Position numbers and translations under genes: made by a program
Shown here: piece by piece, positions 46,798-54,318 of the stretch
How the letters are laid out: every line of letters starts with the position of its first letter
Position numbering within the stretch: the stretch's first letter is position 1
IMG/VR virus record: IMGVR_UViG_3300037485_002668
Location: 35,245 to 99,244 of that record
Source of the DNA: a virus
Strand: one strand, 5' to 3'
DNA: 64,000 nt
Notes under the pieces: generated by a model
What the model saw: only the letters and a program-made list of their open reading frames with translations
Database searches by the model: none
Told to the model about the DNA's origin: nothing

Positions 46798-47643
46798 TTA
46801 ATTAATTGCAAAACTACTTGGGTAAATTTGCATATCTTTTAAGTCTAAAAACTTTGACATAATTTCAGGTTCGTACAGACTAACCTGAATATTATGATCC
46901 CCGCGTATCAGATACGGATAAAATCCAGCGCCAAATGCTATTTTTTCAGTAGGCCGCGGTAATTTTGCAACGAGCAAATCCCAATTGATTATTTTTTTGG
47001 CAGCACGCCCCTGAACAGTATAAGGCAATAACACAAAATAATCAATTTGGGTATGCCATTTGTTGTATATTTCTAAAAAATATTCAATAGACTCGGCATC
47101 TGAAATAATGATATGAAAATTCAAACGAATATTTTTTTCAAGATATATTTGGGCGGCACGCTCCCAAAATGTTCGTAAATGGGGGTGACAACTAACCGCA
47201 ACGCCGCCACAATATTTATGAGACCAATTTACGATATGATCGTCAACCTCCATGCCGTTGGTGGTATAATTGGGTTCGATGCCCAAATCTTTAAAGGCTT
47301 TTAAAATGGCTTCAAATTCAGGATGCGAGGTGGGTTCGCCGCCGCCAATGGCGACCTGAAACGGACGTTCATTGGCGGACATGCGTCCAAAAAATGAATT
47401 AATTTTTTTAACTGCATCCATGTAATGCGGTTGAGACCGGGAGGAATCCATGTAACACCACGGACAATTCCCTTCGCAATAGCCAGTAATTTTTACATCA
47501 TAAAATTCGGGATATTGTAATTCTTTAATTGCAATTTTGGGGTCAATCGCGATCCGAATCGTTTTGCCATTAAACCAAAAAGCTTTATAGTTAGAAGCTG
47601 GAAAAACTCTGGCTTTAATCATCTCTTCCGCCGTCAGCATCAA
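46798..47643 (-). CDS. Radical SAM protein
   Basis: CEGNCPWCY, GGGEPT, TTNG. Confidence 0.9.
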   Translation of the reverse strand: MMLTAEEMIKARVFPASNYKAFWFNGKTIRIAIDPKIAIKELQYPEFYDVKITGYCEGNCPWCYMDSSRSQPHYMDAVKKINSFFGRMSANERPFQVAIGGGEPTSHPEFEAILKAFKDLGIEPNYTTNGMEVDDHIVNWSHKYCGGVAVSCHPHLRTFWERAAQIYLEKNIRLNFHIIISDAESIEYFLEIYNKWHTQIDYFVLLPYTVQGRAAKKIINWDLLVAKLPRPTEKIAFGAGFYPYLIRGDHNIQVSLYEPEIMSKFLDLKDMQIYPSSFAIN

Positions 47644-48079
47644 TAGAATTCAAAAAGGATAACATTTTTTTGACCAATTCAATATGAATATTATTTTTTG
47701 GAATAATATGCAATGAAGTACTTCTTTTCCAAAAATCGCCTTCATATTCCTCGCATTTAACCATCCAGACTGGTTTGGGTTGGTTGCTTTTCATGATGGA
47801 TTCTTTTAAATTCTCGATATAAACATCTTGTTGTTTATAATCTTCAGGCCAGTCGGCTGGAAGTTCGTCATCGTCAAAATTATTTTCAGTATAATTGTCA
47901 TTATCAGACAAGAACACGCCAAAATAAAACAAGTTGTCAACGTTTTCCTGGCTGCCGGTGAGTTTTAAAATTTCCTGTAAAAGTTCTTTGGCTTCTTTTA
48001 CGCTATTTTGATAAGTATAAATAACCGTAGAACTATTGGTGATAACGTCAACAATTGAATGGATGTTAAGTTTTAACAT
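47615..48079 (-). CDS. Hypothetical phage protein (ITNSS motif)
   Basis: DVITNSST. Confidence 0.7.
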   Translation of the reverse strand: MLKLNIHSIVDVITNSSTVIYTYQNSVKEAKELLQEILKLTGSQENVDNLFYFGVFLSDNDNYTENNFDDDELPADWPEDYKQQDVYIENLKESIMKSNQPKPVWMVKCEEYEGDFWKRSTSLHIIPKNNIHIELVKKMLSFLNSIDADGGRDD

Positions 48080-48097
48080 TACGTTTTGTCTCCTAAT

Positions 48098-48781
48098 TTA
48101 GATTTTTTTACTTAAAATAAACGCATAGTGCCGAATGCCGCCCGTGAGAAATATTTGGCGAATGACCCAATTGTCGATTAAATACTGAGCCGGGATGGCG
48201 TTGCAGGCGGTGGGGTAATACTTTAGAATTTCCTTTAAATCGTCAGCGCCGTCATTTTTGAATTCGGGGACGGCCATACGGGACAGGCTGTTCACGAAAA
48301 GCAGGCGCTCGCATTTTTCGCCGATACGCTTGCAGGTGGCGCGCAAATCCCAGGCAGGGACGTGCTGCAAGACGTAGACGCACCAGCCAAATTGGAATTT
48401 TTTGTCAGAAGCATCCAGTTCGGCAGGGGTTATGAACGTCACGCGACCTGAACGGACATGCTCGGCGCAATAAGTTTTAGCCTGGGACAGCATGTTTTCG
48501 GACTGGTCTACGGCGATAATTTTGATTTCAGGGTAGGCATCCATGACGGCTTTGGTTAAACGTCCGCCGCCGCAGCCGTAGTCCAGGGCGTAATCGATAC
48601 CTTCCAGCCGAATGGTATAATGCAATTCTTTTAGCCGGGGCACGATAATATCGGTAAAGACGGCGGTTTCTTCGCGCCAGCGGTCGTCGGTGGGCAGGCC
48701 GTTGATGGCGCCGACGGTCATGTCCTGCATTTGGCGGAAGCTGGTTACGTTAAAGCCGGGGTAGAGCGAAGAGGTGGTCAT
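48098..48781 (-). CDS. Class I SAM-dependent methyltransferase
   Basis: LDYGCGGGR, VDQSENML, CVYVLQHVP; paralog of 51775-52563. Confidence 0.85.
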   Translation of the reverse strand: MTTSSLYPGFNVTSFRQMQDMTVGAINGLPTDDRWREETAVFTDIIVPRLKELHYTIRLEGIDYALDYGCGGGRLTKAVMDAYPEIKIIAVDQSENMLSQAKTYCAEHVRSGRVTFITPAELDASDKKFQFGWCVYVLQHVPAWDLRATCKRIGEKCERLLFVNSLSRMAVPEFKNDGADDLKEILKYYPTACNAIPAQYLIDNWVIRQIFLTGGIRHYAFILSKKI

Positions 48782-48782
48782 G

Positions 48783-48992
48783 CTATTTATTTTCCCATCT
48801 TTGAATCGCATCCATAGCGGTTAACGCGGGAACTTCTGTGTTGCTATATTTACCCGTAGTTGCATACGATACGACTCTTATGGCGCAAAAATAGACTAAC
48901 TTTTTAGGTAATTTCCAAACGAACCAAAACATAAATTTTGTACCCAGTTTGTTTAATTTACATGATAAATAAAGTTTACTAAATAAACTCAT
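48783..48992 (-). CDS. Small hypothetical protein
   Basis: SD AAGGA before ATG 48992. Confidence 0.6.
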   Translation of the reverse strand: MSLFSKLYLSCKLNKLGTKFMFWFVWKLPKKLVYFCAIRVVSYATTGKYSNTEVPALTAMDAIQRWENK

Positions 48993-49014
48993 ATTGTTAT
49001 TCCTTTTTAAAATT

Positions 49015-49140
49015 CGGCTGCCGATGGGTTGGGGGAGTCGAACCCCCGCATGGTTCATCTATTCTACTTGCTGAAACAAGTTTTTTTCACCATGATCTAA
49101 CGCCGGCGATAACCCACGTTTTCAGACGTTTCGGCAGCCG
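49015..49140 (-). ncRNA. tRNA-like RNA with acceptor stem and T arm but non-canonical D and anticodon arms
   Basis: GTGGGTT/AACCCAT stem, GGGGG-TTCGACT-CCCCC T arm, enclosing 10-bp CGGCTGCCGA/TCGGCAGCCG stem. Confidence 0.6.
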
Positions 49141-49147
49141 TTTTTTT

Positions 49148-49184
49148 GCTGTCAATCATACTCCCACCCAGGCGGGCTGGGTGG
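49148..49184 (-). repeat. 37-bp junction element, copy 15 (precedes the tRNA-like RNA)
   Basis: GCTGTCAATCAT-ACTC-CCACCCAG-GCGGG-CTGGGTGG. Confidence 0.95.
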
Positions 49185-49196
49185 AGGGTAAAAAGG

Positions 49197-49904
49197 TTAA
49201 TGGGGTGGCATGGCGTCATAAATTTTGCCTTGCAACAGGCGGCCGGCCTGGCCTTTATTTTTGCCGCCCCACTGTTTGAAATAAAATGGGATATTTAGCT
49301 TTTCACACTGTTCCTTAATGGAAAGTACCCAGCCCTGTTCCATCGGGCGGGGATGGCGGCCACTTTCGCCGCCGACGATAACCCAATCGATGCCACGTAA
49401 ATCCAGATCATTGGAAACGTTAGCCAGCAGGGGTTCAAACGAAACGAATTTCATTCGGGCGTTGGTCTGGCGTAGCTGGTCGATACGGTGGGTGGTAAAT
49501 TGGTCCTCTACGGTTACGCCCAGCCATAAATTTTTTGGCCACGGATAGGTTTGGAAATCCTGAAGGCGGCATGGGCGTTTGGTCAGGACTTGGAAAACAT
49601 GCTGAGGTAAAGCCTGGATTACGCCAAAGATTTTTTCAATGAAGACATTAGGAACATTTTCATGAAATAGGTCACTCATGGAATTGACAAAGATCATTTT
49701 TGGGGACTTCAGGTTATAGGGAATGTCCAGGGCGTCCGGGTGTAACGTAACCTGGAAACCGTGGGCATATTTCGGAAGTCCCATAGCCTGGAGCCGTTTG
49801 GCCATGGTTTCGGCGTAGCAATATTTACAGCCGGCGGAAATTTTGGAACAGCCGGTGACGGGGTTCCAGGTGAAATTGGTCCATTCGATTTTTGACGTGG
49901 CCAT
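49197..49904 (-). CDS. Phage Gp37/Gp68 (DUF5131) radical-SAM-like protein
   Basis: SKIEWT..TWNPVTGC.KIS.GC..CYA; FVNSMSDLFH; GGESG; FKQWGG. Confidence 0.92.
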   Translation of the reverse strand: MATSKIEWTNFTWNPVTGCSKISAGCKYCYAETMAKRLQAMGLPKYAHGFQVTLHPDALDIPYNLKSPKMIFVNSMSDLFHENVPNVFIEKIFGVIQALPQHVFQVLTKRPCRLQDFQTYPWPKNLWLGVTVEDQFTTHRIDQLRQTNARMKFVSFEPLLANVSNDLDLRGIDWVIVGGESGRHPRPMEQGWVLSIKEQCEKLNIPFYFKQWGGKNKGQAGRLLQGKIYDAMPPH

Positions 49905-49938
49905 CAGGCGACCTCGGAATATATGTTTTGTTAAGATA

Positions 49939-50025
49939 CTATTTTTTTTTAGCCTGGTCATTGAAATAGACGTACAGCAAAAAGACGATTAAAAGTAAAA
50001 TAACCAGACCGGTATTATCTGACAC
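49939..50025 (-). CDS. Candidate 28-aa single-TM peptide
   Basis: GTG start: MSDNTGLVILLLIVFLLYVYFNDQAKKK*. Confidence 0.35.
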   Translation of the reverse strand: MSDNTGLVILLLIVFLLYVYFNDQAKKK

Positions 50026-50039
50026 TTAAATTTCCAAAT

Positions 50040-50321
50040 TAAAAAGCCTCGCGGCCTGGGGCTGAACGATAAAATTGCGGGGATCCGTGGGTTGCAACAC
50101 GCAAATTTAAGACGTTCAGGGATAAAGTTGATTTTTTTGCGAAATGGAATTCAAGCGTCGGCTGTAAGATTGCAGGTTGCACGCCGCAAGTTACGTCTCA
50201 CTCAACTTGCGGGGTCGGCAATAACTGCAAAAGCGTCCAGGGTGAGGACCTGGTTACAGTTTTCACGTCTAGACGATTGAATTGGGAGACCATTTCAAAA
50301 ATGAACTTTGAACCCAGGCCG
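50040..50321 (-). ncRNA. Candidate ~270-nt highly structured ncRNA or leader
   Basis: Nested helices, closing stem CGGCCTGGG/CCCAGGCCG, upstream promoter, 3' GNRA hairpin plus U tract. Confidence 0.65.
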
Positions 50322-50325
50322 GTTG

Positions 50326-50362
50326 GCTACCAATCAGATTTCTACCCAGGCAAGCTGGGTAG
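50326..50362 (-). repeat. 37-bp junction element, copy 16 (precedes the 270-nt RNA)
   Basis: GCTACCAATCAG-ATTT-CTACCCAG-GCAAG-CTGGGTAG. Confidence 0.9.
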
Positions 50363-50395
50363 GGGAAATATCAAATTACAGAATATGTAAAACTA

Positions 50396-50424
50396 AAAGT
50401 ACAAAAATTTTTAATAATAGTCAA
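50396..50424 (-). promoter_or_regulatory. Sigma70-type promoter upstream of the structured RNA
   Basis: TTGACT-17 bp-TACTTT. Confidence 0.6.
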
Positions 50425-50437
50425 GCGAAATTTTTGA

Positions 50438-50755
50438 TTATTGCAAGTTTTTTAATCTTGCCAGGAATGGCGCGGCGGCGCGGGCTTGCTGTTCCTTGCT
50501 TTTCAATAAATACCGTAAGCGCATTCGTTTCAGGACGTCGGGTGAAACGGCGCCTTCAACCAAAGGATGCTGGACGATATAACCCTCGCCAAGGGTTTTG
50601 ACAACGTCCACGGCGTCGTTTAACGTGCCGCCCTGGAAGGGAATGACCGGGGTAAATTCAATGCCCAGATCGACACAATCCAATAGTTCGGGGGTGAAAC
50701 CTTCGTTTTGGTCGGCTTCTTTTAACAGGTCATCTAAAATCATTTGCAGCGCCAT
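50438..50755 (-). CDS. Hypothetical protein
   Basis: SD GAGG; own promoter. Confidence 0.7.
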   Translation of the reverse strand: MALQMILDDLLKEADQNEGFTPELLDCVDLGIEFTPVIPFQGGTLNDAVDVVKTLGEGYIVQHPLVEGAVSPDVLKRMRLRYLLKSKEQQARAAAPFLARLKNLQ

Positions 50756-50804
50756 TTTTTTTGCCTCATTTTTTTTGTGAAAGGGTTCAGGTAATTATGA
50801 GGCG

Positions 50805-50834
50805 ATAATATATAAAAATTTTTATAAAAGTCAA
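50805..50834 (-). promoter_or_regulatory. Sigma70-type promoter containing a 16-bp palindrome
   Basis: TTGACT-16/18 bp-TATATT/TATTAT; TATAAAAATTTTTATA at 50811-50826. Confidence 0.65.
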
Positions 50835-50842
50835 GTACTTTC

Positions 50843-50879
50843 GCTATCAATCATGGAACTACACGGGCAAGCCGTGTAG
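50843..50879 (-). repeat. 37-bp junction element, copy 17
   Basis: GCTATCAATCAT-GGAA-CTACACGG-GCAAG-CCGTGTAG. Confidence 0.95.
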
Positions 50880-50888
50880 GGGTAAAAA

Positions 50889-51782
50889 TTAATCGAACGT
50901 TAACATGCCGCCGCGGTAATAGCTGGTGACGGCTTCGGCGACGGTGGCGGGGTGAATCATGGTGAAACAACGGGCGTAGCCGCCGGTCAGGTTGACGCAA
51001 TCGGTTAATTTGGATTTCCAACAGCCGTCCCAGGCGCCGCATTTCAGCGCGCCATTGGTGTAGAGATAGCGTTGATTGGGGTAAAGTTCCCAATGCGGGC
51101 CTTCTTTGGCACCAGCCAATACGACCGCGGGGGCTTGGTAGGCGGCGGCCAGGTGCATTTGGAAGGAAATACCACCCAGGGTACCCTGCGCCCAATAACA
51201 CAGGCGAATCAATTGACGCAGGTCGGTTTTACCGATTAAGTTGAAAACGCCTTCCAGCGGGGGGTGGATGTGATCTTTGTGACCAATTTGAACGAATTGT
51301 ATTTTATCCCGCAACAGGTGCACGACTTCCTGGTAATAGGGGTAATATTTAAGCGGGCATTCGGGTTTATAGCCGGCGTTAATGAGCCAAAATTTACCGC
51401 TATAGCCGAATTCGGTTTGGACTTGATTGGTCCATTTTTTTTCCGCCTCGCTGAGATAAATTTCGGGACGGATTGAGGTGCGGGTAATGGGCATGCCCAG
51501 GTAACGTTCGGCGTCACGGATCATGCCTTCAGCGTAATGAATGCAACTCCAGCCAGACTTGTGCAGCCAGCTATCGTCGTCGGCCTTGATGGTGACCAGT
51601 TGCACCTGCGGGTCCCGTTCGCTGAGGGGGGTCAGGTGGGGGTTATTTTCAAAGATTTCCGGGCACGGGGTGCGGACGTCAATTTGCCAGGCGGGGTAGG
51701 TAGTTTTCAGATCGGCGATTAAGCGGGTGAAGACCAGGATATCGCCGGGGGATTGGGGCTGGGTCAGGATTAGTTTACGCAT
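50889..51782 (-). CDS. GT9 (ADP-heptose:LPS heptosyltransferase-like) glycosyltransferase
   Basis: SPGDIL, EIFENNPH, NLIGKTDLRQLIRL...SFQMHLAAA. Confidence 0.85.
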   Translation of the reverse strand: MRKLILTQPQSPGDILVFTRLIADLKTTYPAWQIDVRTPCPEIFENNPHLTPLSERDPQVQLVTIKADDDSWLHKSGWSCIHYAEGMIRDAERYLGMPITRTSIRPEIYLSEAEKKWTNQVQTEFGYSGKFWLINAGYKPECPLKYYPYYQEVVHLLRDKIQFVQIGHKDHIHPPLEGVFNLIGKTDLRQLIRLCYWAQGTLGGISFQMHLAAAYQAPAVVLAGAKEGPHWELYPNQRYLYTNGALKCGAWDGCWKSKLTDCVNLTGGYARCFTMIHPATVAEAVTSYYRGGMLTFD

Positions 51783-52563
51783 GGGCGGGCACTCCAACAT
51801 AGTAGTCGTGGGGTGCTTGGCTGTCAATCACGGTTCCATCCGGGCAAGCCGGATGGTGACCTTCGTATTCAGCGTGCACTTGGCCGTTCACGGGGGCATT
51901 GGATTCAAAGGTGTGGCTGGTAAATGAACGTTTGGAATCGCAATACAAGGCGTAGTGCATGGTTTGGCCTTCCAGGAACATGGCGCGCATTACGTGATTG
52001 GTCATGACGGCGTTGACGGGGAGCGCCCAGGTAAAGTTGGTAAAATAGGCGTCCAGTTCGCTGAAGACGTTTACGCCGTCATCAAAAAAGGAATCTTTGT
52101 TTACGGCCATGCGGCAGACGCTGTTGACGAATAGCCAGCGGGGGGCTTTGCGTTGCATGGTTTCGAGCAGGTCACGCAGGTCAATGGCGGGGATATGCTG
52201 CAAGACGTAGACGCACAGGCCAAAATCGTAAACGGCGGGGTCGCTTAAATAATCGTGTAAAGTTTGCGGGGTGAAACGGTCGGACAGGACGTAACTTTTG
52301 GCGATAGATAACATTTGCGGGGATTGGTCAACGCCGGTAATTTCGATTTGGCGGGTGGGGTCGTTGGCCAGGATATATTTTTCCAGGCGACCGCTGCCAC
52401 AGCCGAACGACAGAATTTTTTTACCAGAAATTTTGGTTAAATCGGCGAGGAGTAAATCGCCGAAAATTTTAGTTTCGTGTTCCCAGCGGACGTGGGTCGG
52501 GATATTGTTACAATCGCCGACGGTCATGTGCTGGGATTCTTCGAGGGAGCGGGGAGAGAACAT
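51775..52563 (-). CDS. Class I SAM-dependent methyltransferase; 3' end reads through a repeat copy
   Basis: LSFGCGSGR, GVDQSPQML, CVYVLQHIP. Confidence 0.85.
   Translation of the reverse strand: MFSPRSLEESQHMTVGDCNNIPTHVRWEHETKIFGDLLLADLTKISGKKILSFGCGSGRLEKYILANDPTRQIEITGVDQSPQMLSIAKSYVLSDRFTPQTLHDYLSDPAVYDFGLCVYVLQHIPAIDLRDLLETMQRKAPRWLFVNSVCRMAVNKDSFFDDGVNVFSELDAYFTNFTWALPVNAVMTNHVMRAMFLEGQTMHYALYCDSKRSFTSHTFESNAPVNGQVHAEYEGHHPACPDGTVIDSQAPHDYYVGVPAHA
51820..51856 (-). repeat. 37-bp junction element, copy 18
   Basis: GCTGTCAATCAC-GGTT-CCATCCGG-GCAAG-CCGGATGG. Confidence 0.95.
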
Positions 52564-52578
52564 GTTGTTTTTTCCTTG

Positions 52579-52615
52579 GCTGATAATCATGATTCCACCC
52601 AGGCAAGCTGGGTGG
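52579..52615 (-). repeat. 37-bp junction element, copy 19
   Basis: GCTGATAATCAT-GATT-CCACCCAG-GCAAG-CTGGGTGG. Confidence 0.95.
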
Positions 52616-52656
52616 GGGTTTTTTGTAAATTTTTTAGGCGCAAAATAAATTTTGCG

Positions 52657-54033
52657 TTACACAACGGCCAATAATTTGCCTTCGGATTGGAGTTGGTGAT
52701 ATAATTTTACGGCCTGGGCGTATTTGACGCGCTCGGCTAAACGGTACTTAATTTGTTCCACCTGGAGCGGGGTGAAATTCTTTTGACCCAATAGTTCGTC
52801 CAGGGGGGTGATACCCAGTTGCGCTTCCAGAATGGTGTTTTCGATTTCCACGGCGGCGGCCTCGGCGTTTAACTTGCGGGCAGTGGCGGAATCGACCAAG
52901 TCCAGCAGGTTTACCGAAGACCAGGAAATTTTTAATTTCACATCCCCCAGGCCGCTGAGGAGTAACAGTGTGGCGAACAGGCGCTTGTAAATCAGGCTTA
53001 GGCCGGTACGATAATATTCTACTTTGGCAATAATCTTTTGGTTTTGTACCTGGGACATCTTTTCCGTCGACGTCCAGCGGTACAGCGGGAACATAAAGTT
53101 TGGCAAGCCCGTGGGCGCGAGCAGTTCCTCAATCGTAATATGGAATGGAATTTCCAGGTTGGGGAGTTGGTAATCGCCGCCAATTACGGAAATAGACGCG
53201 TCGCCAGATTCGGGAATGCCAATCGTCAAATCACCCACCTGACCCTGCTTGCGGGCCTGCATTAATTTGGTGAATTCCGCTTTTAACAGGGGCGTGGCGG
53301 TGGCGGGATCAAAATCGGCGGCGGTATTGGCGGAACCACCGCGAATTTTCATAAAAAAAGACGGGTCGCCAAAACGCCAGACGCCATTATCCACGGCCTT
53401 TAATAAACGGGTAAAAATCTGGCTGACCGCAGGCAATGATTTAAAGATCGAAAGTCCCTGGGGGTGACCGTTCTCATTGTGGTAAGACAGGTAATAAATA
53501 TTATCCATCTTATCAAATACCACGGCGTTGCTGCGGCCATAGTTTTGCATCAACACCAGTTGGCCGTCTTTTTCCAGGAATTGGAAATCGTTGGGACGGC
53601 CAATCACCACATTTACAATCGACTTTAGCTGGCGGGAAAGCACCGTTTCAAAAATCCCAAAGCCTTTGGAAATGGCAGAATGCAGCACCTGGGATTGCAA
53701 CGAAATCAGACCTTTGTTATAGCGATTGACGCTGCAATTTTCCACAAAGTCATCAATTACCGTTTGCGCGGTGGGATTTTCGGCGGTGATTATGGGTAAA
53801 CCGACCAGGTCAATCCACATCCAAACGGCGGAAGACAACAGGGGGATCGCTTCCAGCATCGAATCATAAACGCCGAGGTCGAACATAAACGGCGAAATAT
53901 TACTGGCGATAGGCGATTGCCAGCTTTCGCGCAATTGCGTGGCGAAACTGAAGGCGGGTTTGGCGGCGGCTTTAGACGGTTCAAGCTGAAGACGCGGCGG
54001 TTTGCGTCTCAGAAAATTCGGAATTATTTGCAT
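52657..54033 (-). CDS. Portal protein
   Basis: ~460 aa downstream of TerL; GFGIFE...HPQGLSIFKSLP pattern. Confidence 0.8.
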   Translation of the reverse strand: MQIIPNFLRRKPPRLQLEPSKAAAKPAFSFATQLRESWQSPIASNISPFMFDLGVYDSMLEAIPLLSSAVWMWIDLVGLPIITAENPTAQTVIDDFVENCSVNRYNKGLISLQSQVLHSAISKGFGIFETVLSRQLKSIVNVVIGRPNDFQFLEKDGQLVLMQNYGRSNAVVFDKMDNIYYLSYHNENGHPQGLSIFKSLPAVSQIFTRLLKAVDNGVWRFGDPSFFMKIRGGSANTAADFDPATATPLLKAEFTKLMQARKQGQVGDLTIGIPESGDASISVIGGDYQLPNLEIPFHITIEELLAPTGLPNFMFPLYRWTSTEKMSQVQNQKIIAKVEYYRTGLSLIYKRLFATLLLLSGLGDVKLKISWSSVNLLDLVDSATARKLNAEAAAVEIENTILEAQLGITPLDELLGQKNFTPLQVEQIKYRLAERVKYAQAVKLYHQLQSEGKLLAVV

Positions 54034-54271
54034 AGACCACTTCCTTAATGAAGATAATTGCAATCCAATTAATCCGGCCGAATTTTAGGTCGGTCGTTAA
54101 CTTTTGCGCCATGTTGAACTTGACCTGTTCCAGGGTTTCGTAGCTCAACGGCAGGGGAACATCTTTGAGAAGCAAATTGCCTTTGATGACGCGGTTGGCA
54201 ACGGCGGCCAGTTCGACCAGCGGGCAAACCTCGGCTTCCCAAGTGAGGTAAAAAGATTGGGTTTTGACCAT
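53981..54271 (-). CDS. Hypothetical protein
   Basis: ATG lies within the repeat box. Confidence 0.5.
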   Translation of the reverse strand: MVKTQSFYLTWEAEVCPLVELAAVANRVIKGNLLLKDVPLPLSYETLEQVKFNMAQKLTTDLKFGRINWIAIIFIKEVVYANNSEFSETQTAASSA

Positions 54272-54304
54272 CAATCATCCTTTTCCCCCAGGCGGGCTGG
54301 GGGG
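54268..54304 (-). repeat. 37-bp junction element, copy 20
   Basis: CCATCAATCAT-CCTTT-TCCCCCAG-GCGGG-CTGGGGGG. Confidence 0.85.
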
Positions 54305-54318
54305 TGTAGTGTAAATAG

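Noticed and set aside
37580-47643. 7-deazaguanine DNA modification pathway (QueC/QueE)
   Set aside because: No recognisable DpdA, FolE or QueD; the PP-loop and radical SAM proteins lack clear QueC/QueE signatures.
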